A stretch of 64,000 nt of DNA from Zancudomyces culisetae HAW-14-8 (Eukaryota > Fungi > Kickxellomycota), in contig JBNJNM010000023.1 in assembly GCA_052426225.1 (NCBI GenBank), positions 186,001 to 250,000 of the forward strand, in the 5' to 3' direction. The notes beneath the pieces are model-generated. The model had not been told where the DNA came from, searched no databases, and was given only the letters and a program-made list of their open reading frames with translations. Positions 27,140 to 38,736 of the stretch are shown in pieces. Each line of letters starts with the position of its first letter. Position 1 is the first letter of the stretch. Both the position numbers and the translations under genes were made by a program.

Positions 27140-27585
27140 ACTATTTTATTTTATTTTATATTTTTTTATAATTTTATATTTTTATTTTACCCCCCCCCCC
27201 CCCACATCTTCATCCCCATCACTCCTACCCTTTCCCCCCCCTTCCCCCCCTTCCCCCATTTTTTTTAAAAACAAGAAAAAAAAACATTATATATATATAC
27301 ATATTATATTATTATTATTATTATTATTATTATTGCATATAAACAACCTTTTCTTTATCAATAAAACATTACTTCACATCACATAACATTAATAATAACA
27401 TTAATAATAATAAAAAAAAGTATATATTATCAATGGATAGACAAAGTAAACAGTTTCTCATAAAATGCATCACTGCCAGAGAAATTTCAAGAGAATAAAG
27501 TATGCAAGAGAGCTATCAAGAGTAAAGAGTAATTCCACCAGAGATCTAAAACCCATCACCAAAAAAAAAAACTACCACTTTGCAA

Positions 27586-27633
27586 CTAAACTAGACTAAA
27601 CTAGACTAAACTAGACTAGACTAGACTAGACTA
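27586..27633. repeat. Pentamer tandem repeat (CTAAA/CTAGA)n
   Basis: Direct reading. Confidence 0.9.
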
Positions 27634-28686
27634 CTTATTTTGCATCTGGGTATATTTATGAAGCAACAAGTTTTTTTTTGTCTATTAAAGACAAACGGAT
27701 AGGAATAGTTGGTTTTTTTTTTTGAAATCACTATCTATTGTGGTATACAACAAATATACTGATATACATATGATATAAAAGTAGTTTACCTATGGGATTT
27801 AATTGAATTATTCAAAACTTTAAAACGTTGAAAAACTTATCAACTAGGATGCAAATATATAACAAAAAAAAAATTCATACCAATGTAAACACAAAACAGT
27901 CGCGACCTAGTTGGATAAACTTGTAGTTGCACTTGAGAATATCATTTGTTTACCATAGCCATTATACGCTCACAAAAAAAAAAAAAAAAAACTGATGTTG
28001 TAGAGGTTTGCGTGCCATGGGTGTATAATTATCCTTTAATAGCAATTGGGCTTTGAAAATTTCAATAGCTTAATCAATAACTGTGTTTGATTATGATTTT
28101 GTTATCCATGTATATATTTTTTTTTTCCCACTATAATATTATTAGATAAATATCACATCCAGTACTACAAAGAAAATAGTTCTACTCAATATCCGTTTAA
28201 CCAATTCCTCTCTATTACTCTAGAGACTCCATATCTACTAGGGGCGAAGATGGGGTGGAGATGGGGTGGGGGGGGGGTTGATTCAAGATATTTATTCTTG
28301 TTGACATATTCTATCTAAAGAATCTCGCTATGTTTAGTTCAACCACACGAGTAGTACTTTGGGTTTCTCTTTTCTTTAATGGAAAAGTAATGAGTTCTTT
28401 TGACTTCCCTCCAAAGATTCTATATACAGAAAAAAAAAAAAAAAATTCTGCCATATTTCAACTCTTGAACTATAAATACTTATGGGAGCATGTTCCAGAG
28501 ACAAGAATCGCAAGTGCTCCTTCTATTTACTGCCATGAGAATGTTTTTCAACCGTTCATTCTTTTAAACAACTCTAGTTATTGATTAAATATTTTTTTTA
28601 AATTCCCATACTCCACCTTACATTGTCACTTTTTCATCATAAATATGTTTTTCAAGCAACTCATACGACACCATCTTTCCAAATCA

Positions 28687-31600
28687 CTAATTTCCACTGC
28701 ACATCTTTTGACATGTATTTATCAACTCACGATCATTAATGCCATTCGCAAGTTCAATGATCGATTCAATATGCTTACTTGTATCAGCACCATACTTTAT
28801 TAGCAGTTTGATTATCTCTACATTTTTATGTTCTATTGCTGCTTCGAGTCCATACCCCCTTTTTAGCACTAAATTTGGATTTCTTTCCAACAAGAGTTTC
28901 AACATTTCCAGATTATTATTTTTACAAGCTTGAATCACTCCACTTTCACACCCCCTTTTTATTTTTGCCCCTTTTTCAAACAAAAGCTTTAGAATATCTG
29001 TATTATTGTTTTCACAGGCCTGGAGAACATAATTTTTCCAGCTCTTTTCAAAAGTGCATGTATCATTCAAAAGCAATTTAACTACACCCAGCTTGTTTTT
29101 TTTGATTGCATGTTCAAGTAAAGGCGAATCACCACACATCTCAGGACAACAAGTTAGCATTAACTGTAAAGTTTCGGTGTCGTCTAAATTGAAAAGATTC
29201 AACTCACTTGAATATTTGTATACTTTTGCACCATGTCGCAGTAATAATTTGATAATATCAGCGTTCTTTGTCTTGAGTGCCATATTTACAATTCTGGTGT
29301 TGTTTTTGACATCTATTACATTTTCCAAAAGTAACTTGACTATTTCAGTGTTTCTTGATTGCACTACAAACTCCAGAATTGTAGAATCACTATTGAGATT
29401 CATCTTATAACTTAGCAGTAAATTCATAATTACAGTATTTCCTACAATAACTGCTGCATTTATACCATCCAATAAATCACTATTCTGAATGGGTTCACCC
29501 TTTTCAAGTAGTGTTTTGGTAATCTTGTATTCTTCAAAAAAATCAGAGTTTTGATTAATCAAAAATGTATTCTTTTGTGATTCTTCTTTATCCTTCGTAT
29601 CTGTACTGTCCCTTTTCTCTATTACCCCCAACCCATCACAATACTCAAGAATCATTTTTACCAACTCCAAATTCTCAGTCAGACACGCATACTCTAACCG
29701 ATACCTACAAATATTCCCGACTACAGCTTTATTATCCAAAAGATGTTTCAATGTTCTTCTGAGACCCAATCTACATGCAACCCTGACTCCATTCGTTTTT
29801 GAATCACTCAACTCAACTCCATTATCTACCAAAAATTTAACCATATCAAAGTTACCTAGTAAACATGCCATATTAATACACTCGTATTTTGGATTCTTGG
29901 GGACTACACCGCCATTCTTTATCCAATGTTCCAGCACTTCAACTTTATCCGATTTACACGCCTCTTCAAACCCATCCAATTCTCCATCAAATTTCGCACC
30001 TTTACTAATAAAGTAATCAATCCAACCAATGCCACCCGCTTTGTATGCTGTTTTTAGAATTAGATTGCCATGCGAATTAACATTCATTCCATATTCTATC
30101 AACAATTTCAACATTCCAAAATTTCGACTCACTAATTCGGATTTTGCTAGCTCATAGTGCCTATCATTCAACACTTCTATATCGTTCTCCACTTCCAACG
30201 CGTTAGTTTCATCATATTCAGTGTCGTTGAATGTGCTTTGCAAATTATTTTCAACAACATATTCAATAATTTCAATTAATTTATCATACGAAACTCTTTC
30301 AATTACTCTGATGTCATAAGCATCTGGAAGATTTTCGAGATATATTTGGATTGCATTGCCGATATCCTTTTTTTTTGAGTTTATAATATCCATCATTTTT
30401 TCATATAAATTCATATAAACATGAAACTCATCAAAATCACGATAAAAAGTATCAGCATAATTATGATCATAATCATAATCATATCCATGGAAATAGTATT
30501 TTTCTTGTTCGTTATGAGACCATAGAACTCCAAGAAGACACAGCATCATTTTGTTAAATTTCAGTCTCGCCCTCGTAGCGGCTTTATCACATGTATGGTG
30601 GTTCTCTTTGCCTCTATCAAACGTCTCCAGCGCGCGTCGAGCCATTTCATAATTTTTAATACTACATATCCTTTCGATATCATTTTTCTCCGCTAGAACA
30701 ACAAATGTACCATTCTCCAATAGTAAACGTAGCATTTCTATATCTCTACTATCAATCGCCGCTCTTATTCCCTTATGCTCAAATGATTTTAAATCCACTC
30801 CAGATTCGATAAGTAATTTGGCAAGTGTGGTATTACCACTTTTAACTGCCTCCTCTAAACAAGAAATACTCGCTGTATTTGGATATTTGGTGATAATATC
30901 TTTTGCTAGCTCGTAATCTTTCTTTTTTATAGCTGTTTTCAACGCATTTTCATCTAACTCTCCCTTCAGTTTATCACTATTGTCTAAAAGTGATCTAATG
31001 ATATCGAGACTATCATGTATGTACTCCATTGATGCCACCTTTCTAATATTTTCTGAGCTTGATTCCACTTTGAAAAAGCTTTCTTTAATCAAATTCAAAT
31101 TGTTTTGATAAATTACTACATCGGATATTATTTTCACATTGTTTTGATATACTACTACATCGAATAATATTTGTTGATATTTGATATCTGCGTAGTTATC
31201 CTCAAGATATTTTGTCAATTCCTTTCTATCCCGATTAATCGAATAGAATGAACATGCCAAATAAATTAACAGCTCCATTTTGGTTTCGTATCCATACTCT
31301 TTAATAAAATTTGTTGGTATACTTGATTCTAACTCATCACTATAACTGATATATGATTTCAATTCCTGAAATGAAAAGTTTATGTTGATCTCTAAATCTA
31401 AAATCCGTTTCATCAATTCAAGACTGTTCAAGTTACAGCATCTCTTCACAATACTGAGCATATAACATCTGATAGCCTTACTATCAATAAACTTAACATC
31501 AGTTACAACGGATCCTGTAAATTCTGTAGGAATCTCAATTTTACTATCCCAACTATCTATTAACGCTTCAACATCATCTTTCTCAAATTCTCTATTTATT

Positions 31601-32166
31601 TTGATTAATAATTTTTGCAGAATCGAGTGTGTAGTTATTACTGGTCTGACATAAAGATTCTCAGATATATCGATGTTGGTAAAATCTCTTTGTGATTCGT
31701 TCTCTTCTGAAAACATGTTTCCAATATCAATATCTAGATACTCGCCCTCATTCATAAATAAAGTATCCTTATATACAACAGTTGAAGTATTCCTATCAAT
31801 GACTACATACATTCTGAGTAATTTATTTAGCACATTCTTCCACTTGTACTTGATTGCCATCTCTAGAGCGATTTCATAGTCTATTTTTTTGATTTTTCTA
31901 AATACCAGTATTCCAATGGTTTCATTCATATTAATTCTGGTGTAATTCTCGAGTATTGTACTTATATTATACTCCAAACTAGTTTCCGTGTTAGATAAAG
32001 TGTATTTAACAATGTACTTGCTAATGGTGTCAACCTGTTGTGAGGCGTAATGCATATTTTTGTTCAAAAGTGATAGTTGAGGATTCTGAGCAAGTACAAA
32101 TACTTTTGACAGGATACTAACTGGAAGTTTGTTGAAAAGGCTGTTACTGTTGTTTTCGGAGTTCAT
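28687..32166 (-). CDS. Large ankyrin-repeat protein with N-terminal F-box-like motif (paralogue A, 1159 aa)
   Basis: N-terminal LFNKLPVSILSKVFVL..PQLSLLNK. Many degenerate ankyrin units (A...GN...VK.LL..GA/GVD). Confidence 0.85.
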   Translation of the reverse strand: MNSENNSNSLFNKLPVSILSKVFVLAQNPQLSLLNKNMHYASQQVDTISKYIVKYTLSNTETSLEYNISTILENYTRINMNETIGILVFRKIKKIDYEIALEMAIKYKWKNVLNKLLRMYVVIDRNTSTVVYKDTLFMNEGEYLDIDIGNMFSEENESQRDFTNIDISENLYVRPVITTHSILQKLLIKINREFEKDDVEALIDSWDSKIEIPTEFTGSVVTDVKFIDSKAIRCYMLSIVKRCCNLNSLELMKRILDLEININFSFQELKSYISYSDELESSIPTNFIKEYGYETKMELLIYLACSFYSINRDRKELTKYLEDNYADIKYQQILFDVVVYQNNVKIISDVVIYQNNLNLIKESFFKVESSSENIRKVASMEYIHDSLDIIRSLLDNSDKLKGELDENALKTAIKKKDYELAKDIITKYPNTASISCLEEAVKSGNTTLAKLLIESGVDLKSFEHKGIRAAIDSRDIEMLRLLLENGTFVVLAEKNDIERICSIKNYEMARRALETFDRGKENHHTCDKAATRARLKFNKMMLCLLGVLWSHNEQEKYYFHGYDYDYDHNYADTFYRDFDEFHVYMNLYEKMMDIINSKKKDIGNAIQIYLENLPDAYDIRVIERVSYDKLIEIIEYVVENNLQSTFNDTEYDETNALEVENDIEVLNDRHYELAKSELVSRNFGMLKLLIEYGMNVNSHGNLILKTAYKAGGIGWIDYFISKGAKFDGELDGFEEACKSDKVEVLEHWIKNGGVVPKNPKYECINMACLLGNFDMVKFLVDNGVELSDSKTNGVRVACRLGLRRTLKHLLDNKAVVGNICRYRLEYACLTENLELVKMILEYCDGLGVIEKRDSTDTKDKEESQKNTFLINQNSDFFEEYKITKTLLEKGEPIQNSDLLDGINAAVIVGNTVIMNLLLSYKMNLNSDSTILEFVVQSRNTEIVKLLLENVIDVKNNTRIVNMALKTKNADIIKLLLRHGAKVYKYSSELNLFNLDDTETLQLMLTCCPEMCGDSPLLEHAIKKNKLGVVKLLLNDTCTFEKSWKNYVLQACENNNTDILKLLFEKGAKIKRGCESGVIQACKNNNLEMLKLLLERNPNLVLKRGYGLEAAIEHKNVEIIKLLIKYGADTSKHIESIIELANGINDRELINTCQKMCSGN

Positions 32167-33139
32167 TGTGTTGTAAGTTGGATTATTCTTATGTTTCTTT
32201 AAGCTTAGTTTTTTGTTGGTTTATTAAAGTAAGATGATAAAAATGAACAAACTCCGAAAAGCAATATCTCTTGGTTTGTACTCTTTATTGGCTTTTTTAA
32301 TTTTTATTAAGTGGTTTTAAACTATCCGGTGCTCTCTAATGGTGTCTGTATCATAAAAGTTTTGGTTACTTATCTATTTTATTATATTAACTAGTTCTTT
32401 ATACTATCATTCTTAATTTGACTATGCAAATCTTTGAAAAAATAGTAGCTTTTCAAGATTCTTTTGTTTTTCGGTTTATTTCCATTAGTAGGTTATATAG
32501 TGGTTTACACTCAAGTAATAATAATAAATTAAACCAGTTCCGCAGTAAAAGCTCAAATTTTCCTTTGCAAAATACTTACAGTTCTAACTAAACTAAGAAA
32601 GTTGAACAGGCATAAATTTGGTAATATACCCGGTTGGTATTTCCAAAAATACCAAACCTCCCCACCCCCAACAAATTTGCGTACCACCAATATCAACTTT
32701 TTAAAAGTAGCCGAGCATAACTATTTCTGAAGTACGTGGGTCCTGTATATTTTTTTGCAAAGGGAGAGTGTGAGTTTTAGAAAAGTCTTGTTATTGTACT
32801 TTTTATATGTCATATTCACTATTTGAGATCATTAAATTGATAAAATACTAACTTTTCACACTATTATTTGGTTAGTGAGAAGGATCCTGCATTTACACCA
32901 TCATAACTCTGTACCACTATAAGAAAAGAGTGGATATCTGGCTTTTATAAATAAATTATGTGAAATTTAATCAAAATAACAATCTCCTTTCATTTTGTAA
33001 TGGGTCAGAGAAACATAATAAATGATAATTTATTAACATAATGAAGCTGAATACTAATAATTAAAAAAATCAAAAAAAGAAATGGTCATCATGTTGAATA
33101 GAACCAGTATTATCCACTATCAACTTACAAGTAAAGTAA

Positions 33140-33780
33140 ACCTAAATGGGGAAATGGTCTGAAATGCGCTTAGCAGTAAAGAAGATAAATTTATTTCCGA
33201 CGAATATGCTTTTATTGCTGATACATTATAAAGTGCTTTTTACAAAGACATTAACATGCTTTGGTTTTTTGGAGCAACCTACAAATAAATTTGCTTTAAT
33301 ATCGACAATGTCGTCAAACTCTTCTTTGCTTATAGCCTCAGTTATACATTTAAAGTGACCCCAACTCTCAAGATCATTCAAGTTTATATCTATTCGAAAA
33401 AAGATTATACCTGTTGGGTATATAAAATTTCTTTAGCTCGACTCCATCTTATGTCTTTACTTTTTCACTCAAGTAATTTTTTTTATCTTCGTCGTTAAAA
33501 GAATATATCTTGAACTCATTAGAATTCTTGTGAGTAAGACATAAATAGCCATTAAGTAGATTGATAACACCACTGTCATAGTTGCATTCTTTGTAATTTT
33601 TTGAATTTGATAGGACTAGTTTGTCAATCAACTCTTTGATTGAGGCGCCATTTAATCCATGCACTGTTAAAAATTCCTCAAGTATAAAATACATATATGT
33701 TTGTGTTAAAGAGGAGTAGTTGAGTTTTTCAATAGCAAAAGTAGAAAGTAAAGAAAGGAAAAAAACATCCGAGAGTTGGG
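33140..33780 (-). pseudogene. Decayed ORF, possibly a D5-type primase/helicase N-terminal (D5_N) fragment of viral or plasmid origin
   Basis: NYDSGVINLLNGYLCL resembles the D5_N D...l.f.NG.l.l motif. A coding-like frame continues past several stops. No helicase P-loop is visible. Confidence 0.3.
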
Positions 33781-34137
33781 CTAGTATTATACCATTGCAT
33801 CACCAACACAATATCAACGTCATCATTATTTTTCCGTGTTTATAAAACTCAATTACAATATCGTACATCAAAAGGTACAGAATACAATAACAGTAAACGG
33901 ATAATATTCGTTTTGCTTAAAAGTTTAAAAAAAAAAAAAGAACCTTTTTTTATTAAACATCATTGATATATTACATTAATACCGCAAAACACTACAAAAA
34001 GAAATAATTCTACGCAGCTCTATCTAACCAACTGTTCTTTGACCCTGTAGGGACTCCGTACCCACTGAGGTGTTGGTTAAAAAATTAAACTGGGTCAGAT
34101 ACAAAAATAAATATTCCAGCTAGTGATATTTGCATGA

Positions 34138-37100
34138 CTATGACCGCTTTAATTTTTTATATCCTCCAGCATTATACTCACAAGACTCACTTAAATCATC
34201 ACAGTCCAGTTCGTCTGCAAGTTCCATGATAGATTCAATATACTCGCTTGTATCAGCACCATGTTTAATCAACAAATTAACCATTTCCATGTTTTCATGT
34301 TCTATTGCTGCTTCGAGCCCATAATCCTTTTCCAGTACCAAATTTGGATTTCTTTCTAGCAGTAGTTTCAACATTTCCAGGTTATCGTTTTCACAGGTCT
34401 CTATCACGCCACTTTCACTCCCTTCTCTTATTTTCGCTCCCTTTTCAAATAGCAATTTCAAAATCTCCAAGTTATCGTTTTCACAAGCCCAAAAAACGTA
34501 GTTGTATTCGTTATCATTTAAGGAAGCGACGTCTTTCAAAAGCAATTTAACTACACCCAGCTTGTTTTTCTCAATGGCATGTTCAAGTAAAGGCGAATCA
34601 CCATACATCTCAGGACAACAAGTTAGCATTAACTGTAGTGTTTCCGTGTCATCTAAATCGAAGTACTTTAAATCATGCGAATATTTGTATACTTTTGCAC
34701 CATTTCGCAGTAATAATCTGATAACCTCAGCGTTCTTTGTCTTGAGTGCCATATTTAGAATTCTGGTGTTGTTTTTGGCATCTATTCCATTTTCCAAAAG
34801 TAACTTGGCTATTTCTATTTTTTCAGTCTCTATGGGAGCACTCAATATTTGAGAATCGCAATTGAGATCAAGCTTGTATGTTAGCAGCATTTTCAAGATT
34901 TTAACATTGGCTACTGCAACGGATGCCTTTACCGCATCCAACAAATCAATATTCTGAATGGGTTCACCCTTTTCGAGTAGCGTTTTACTAAACTTGTACT
35001 CTTTGACATGGTCAGAGTTTAAATTATCCAAAGTACTAATGTCTTTTGTTTCCTTTCCACCCTCTGTATCTGTGTTTTCTTTTCTTTCCAATATTTCTAA
35101 ACTTTCATAATGCTCAAAAATCATTTTCAACATCTCAATATCTTCTATCGTACATGCATACTCTAACTGATGATGACGAACACCTTTTATCTCAGCATTG
35201 TTATCCAAAAGGTATTTCAGTGTTCTTCTGAGACTCAATCTACATGCAACCCTGACCCCATTCAGTTTTGGATCACTTAAATCAACTCCACTTTCCACCA
35301 ACAATTTAACCATAGCAAAATTACCCAGTAAACATGCCATGTTGACACAAGGATACTCCGGACTCTTGGGTACTACACCACCATTCTTGATCCAATGTTC
35401 CAGCACTTCAACTTTATCCGATTTACACGCCTCTTCAAACCCATCCAATTCTCCATCAAATTTCGCACCTTTACTAATAAAGTAATCTATCCAGCCAATA
35501 TCACCTGCTTTGTATGCTGTTCTCAAAATCAGACTATCGGATGTATTGATATCTACTCCGCGATCTATCAAAATTTTCAGGATCTCAAAGTTTCGGTTCA
35601 CCAATTCTGATTTTACTAGCTCATAATGACAATCATTCAACACTTGTATATTGTTCTCATACCCGAACTCACTAGTTTCATCATATTCAGTGTTTTCAAA
35701 TGTACTTTGGAGATTATTTTCAACAATATAACGAATGATTTGAAGTAGTTTTTTACAGGTTCTCTCAGCATCGGTCAGAAGACTGAATGAGAGAAGATTC
35801 TTGCAATATGAATAAATATAGTTGATCGTATTTTTCCTTTTTGGATTAATAACCACACTTACTTCTTCGTATAGATCCGTATGTTGAAAAAAATCCTCAA
35901 AGTCAATATTACGGTTGACATTATAATTATAATAAGCTTGACAAGCTTCAATAAAACATAGTATTGTTTTACTAAATTTCAGTCTCGTTCCAGCCTTGAC
36001 TTGATTTCCTGAGGTTTTGAATTCAATCTTATCTTTATCTATAACAGATAATTCTAACAGTCGCTTTGATATTTCATAATTTTTGATGCTACACAACCCT
36101 CCAATAACGATTAGTTCTGCTCGTTCAATTGAGGCTCCATTTTCCAACAATAAACGTAGCATATCCATATTATTATTTTCGACTGCAACCTTTATTCCCT
36201 TAAACACAGGTGATTTTAAATCTACTCCAGCTTTGATAAGTAAATTAGCAATCATGATATTCTCACGTTTCACTGCTTCCTCTATACAGGAAACATCCAC
36301 AGTATTTGGATATTTGGTGATGATTTCTTGTGCCAATTCGTAGTCTTTATTTTTTATAGCCGTTTTCAGAGCATTTTCATCTAGATCTCCTTCCAGTTTA
36401 TCACTGTGACTTAAAAGAAGCCTTATGAGATTAACATTACCCCAACCATATGCCATATTTGTTATCTTTGCAATATTTTCTGGGTTTAACTTCACTTTAA
36501 AAAGATACTTTTTTACTAAACTTTCTCTTGAGTGGAATACGGCAACATCGAAAAAAATCTGTAAGTGTCTACTACTGGTGTAGTTCTCTTCGAGATATAG
36601 CATGAATTCTTTCATATTACAATCAATTGCATAGTATGTACACAGAGTGTAAATCAACAAATCAGTCCTATCCTCATACTCATAATCGGAAATAAAATAG
36701 CACAAGTCGTCGTCAATGAGAGGTATATGAAAAGGAAGGTTTGTGTCTCTTTCTAAATTCAAAATTTTTTTTAGCCGTTTAAGATTTTTACCCATACAGC
36801 TTTCACGTACAGCCACCAATATACACCATGTCATAAACCGGGCATTTACACATCTAGTATCTCTTCCAACGGAACCACATATTTCTGGAGAAAACTCAAA
36901 TTTGGTTTCGCAAATATCTATTAACATTTCGATGTTGTTTTCTTCAGTGAAATCGGAAATGTCATACATCGAAAGATCTGGTCCCCCGCTTACCCTGATT
37001 AGCGGTCTGATATAGAGAGAATCAGAAATCCTCATGTCTGTTTCCTCCTTTCGTGATTCGTTATACTCCGAAAATAATTTTTCTATATCAATATCTAGGT

Positions 37101-37527
37101 ATTCACCCTCGTTCATAAATAAAGTATCCATGTGTACAACCGTTGAAGTACTCCTATCAATCACTACATACATTTTGAGTAATCTGTTTAGTACATTCCT
37201 CCATCTATACTTGAATGCCATATCTAGAGCCGTTTTGTAGTCCAGTTTTTTGACTTTACTCAGAACCAATGCCCCGATAGTTTCATTTATATTTATTTTG
37301 GTGTATTTCTCGAATATTATCTGCAACGCCCATTGAAAATAGTATTGTGTGTTGGATGAGGCGTACTGAAGCATGTACTTGCTGATAGTGTTTGCCTGTT
37401 GTGAGGCATAGTGCATATTTTTGTTCAATAGTGATAGTTGAGGGTTTTGAGCAAGCACAAATATTGTTGACAGAATACTTGATGGAAGTTTGTTGAAAAG
37501 GCTGGTGGTGTTGTTCTCGAAGTTCAT
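34138..37527 (-). CDS. Large ankyrin-repeat protein with N-terminal F-box-like motif (paralogue B, 1129 aa)
   Basis: Colinear with paralogue A, with the same N-terminal motif and ankyrin blocks. Distinct acidic/basic C-terminus. Confidence 0.85.
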   Translation of the reverse strand: MNFENNTTSLFNKLPSSILSTIFVLAQNPQLSLLNKNMHYASQQANTISKYMLQYASSNTQYYFQWALQIIFEKYTKININETIGALVLSKVKKLDYKTALDMAFKYRWRNVLNRLLKMYVVIDRSTSTVVHMDTLFMNEGEYLDIDIEKLFSEYNESRKEETDMRISDSLYIRPLIRVSGGPDLSMYDISDFTEENNIEMLIDICETKFEFSPEICGSVGRDTRCVNARFMTWCILVAVRESCMGKNLKRLKKILNLERDTNLPFHIPLIDDDLCYFISDYEYEDRTDLLIYTLCTYYAIDCNMKEFMLYLEENYTSSRHLQIFFDVAVFHSRESLVKKYLFKVKLNPENIAKITNMAYGWGNVNLIRLLLSHSDKLEGDLDENALKTAIKNKDYELAQEIITKYPNTVDVSCIEEAVKRENIMIANLLIKAGVDLKSPVFKGIKVAVENNNMDMLRLLLENGASIERAELIVIGGLCSIKNYEISKRLLELSVIDKDKIEFKTSGNQVKAGTRLKFSKTILCFIEACQAYYNYNVNRNIDFEDFFQHTDLYEEVSVVINPKRKNTINYIYSYCKNLLSFSLLTDAERTCKKLLQIIRYIVENNLQSTFENTEYDETSEFGYENNIQVLNDCHYELVKSELVNRNFEILKILIDRGVDINTSDSLILRTAYKAGDIGWIDYFISKGAKFDGELDGFEEACKSDKVEVLEHWIKNGGVVPKSPEYPCVNMACLLGNFAMVKLLVESGVDLSDPKLNGVRVACRLSLRRTLKYLLDNNAEIKGVRHHQLEYACTIEDIEMLKMIFEHYESLEILERKENTDTEGGKETKDISTLDNLNSDHVKEYKFSKTLLEKGEPIQNIDLLDAVKASVAVANVKILKMLLTYKLDLNCDSQILSAPIETEKIEIAKLLLENGIDAKNNTRILNMALKTKNAEVIRLLLRNGAKVYKYSHDLKYFDLDDTETLQLMLTCCPEMYGDSPLLEHAIEKNKLGVVKLLLKDVASLNDNEYNYVFWACENDNLEILKLLFEKGAKIREGSESGVIETCENDNLEMLKLLLERNPNLVLEKDYGLEAAIEHENMEMVNLLIKHGADTSEYIESIMELADELDCDDLSESCEYNAGGYKKLKRS

Positions 37528-38736
37528 TGTGTCGTAGGTTGAATTATTCTTATTCCTTTGCTTTCCTTTCCTTCTATAGTTGTTGTCTATATACTAAAGT
37601 AAATAATAAAGATGAACAAGTTCCGAAAGATAGAATCAAGGTGGTTTTGTACTATTTTTATCCTGATTTTTTTGATCAATGTATCCAATCATTTACACCA
37701 ATTGCAAGCCATTTGCTGCGTATTTTGAAATAATCAATAAAAAATATGTCAAATTATTGGATACCATTCAGGATTAAAACATTGTCCGGAAAAGTTGACC
37801 TATTGCCAGTCCAGCAATTTTACGCTTTTTCCAGAATTTCAGGATGAATTTGCTAATGTCAAAAAAGAAATATTTTCTGAATACTATAAGACTCCTTTAT
37901 TAAATATTGAAAGCACTTGTAACAAATATCAAGGTTCCCAGAAAAACATTTTCTACTTTTACTATAATATACCAGACTAACGTATATTTCTAATTATTTT
38001 TGTTATCCTCATATCTCGGTATGGTTTGAATTTGCATCGGGTTTTCTTTGCCAATTTTTACTATGTTATGTCATTAGATCAATAAAAGGCTGAGGTTGTG
38101 TAGGCGTAAAAATAATATTGTTGCTATATATAAGGAGTTGTTTTGATCCTATTTTAATTAGAAATTGAATCATTTGGACTCCAAAGTATCATTGTTATTT
38201 ACCTTCGAGTAATTCGAATTTATATGTGTTTTGTCCATCAGTTAAATAGTTGGAAATCACTCTGACTTTTCTTTGGTATTTAAATTCTGATATAAAATAA
38301 CCCTTCACAATATTTATCTACCCAGTTCCCTTTGTTCCTTTAGAGACACTATACCAGTCAGGCGCTGGTACAAAAAAAAAGTTTTTATTGAAAGAGGGAA
38401 GCGGTGTATTGAACAACATGGGCTGTACGTATATTATATTCAATTCAGAGGAGTAGACACATACATATCTTTTAATCTGTAAATATTGTATTAATTGAAC
38501 TTTTACTAATATCACCCACCTTCCTCTATCAGTTATCCACACTCTTTCTGTCCTAATTGTTTCAACAGTGAGAATCAAAGTGCTTTATTAGTGAGTAAAT
38601 ATATATTAGTGCTTCATAATCATTAACACAGATTACGATGTGTACCCATTGGGCACAAATACTACGGGTATATTTTTATCTGCAGGAAAAATCTAACCAA
38701 ACATCAATAAATAGGTCAAAAAAGCCATTAGCAATT

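Noticed and set aside
27586-27633. Regular repeat considered as CRISPR-like
   Set aside because: A simple pentamer microsatellite without spacers, in a eukaryotic context.
28687-28701. C-terminal CSGN of ankyrin paralogue A as a CaaX prenylation motif (as in Legionella AnkB)
   Set aside because: Non-aliphatic a1/a2 residues. The Cys is not conserved in paralogue C (GSGN) and B has a different end.
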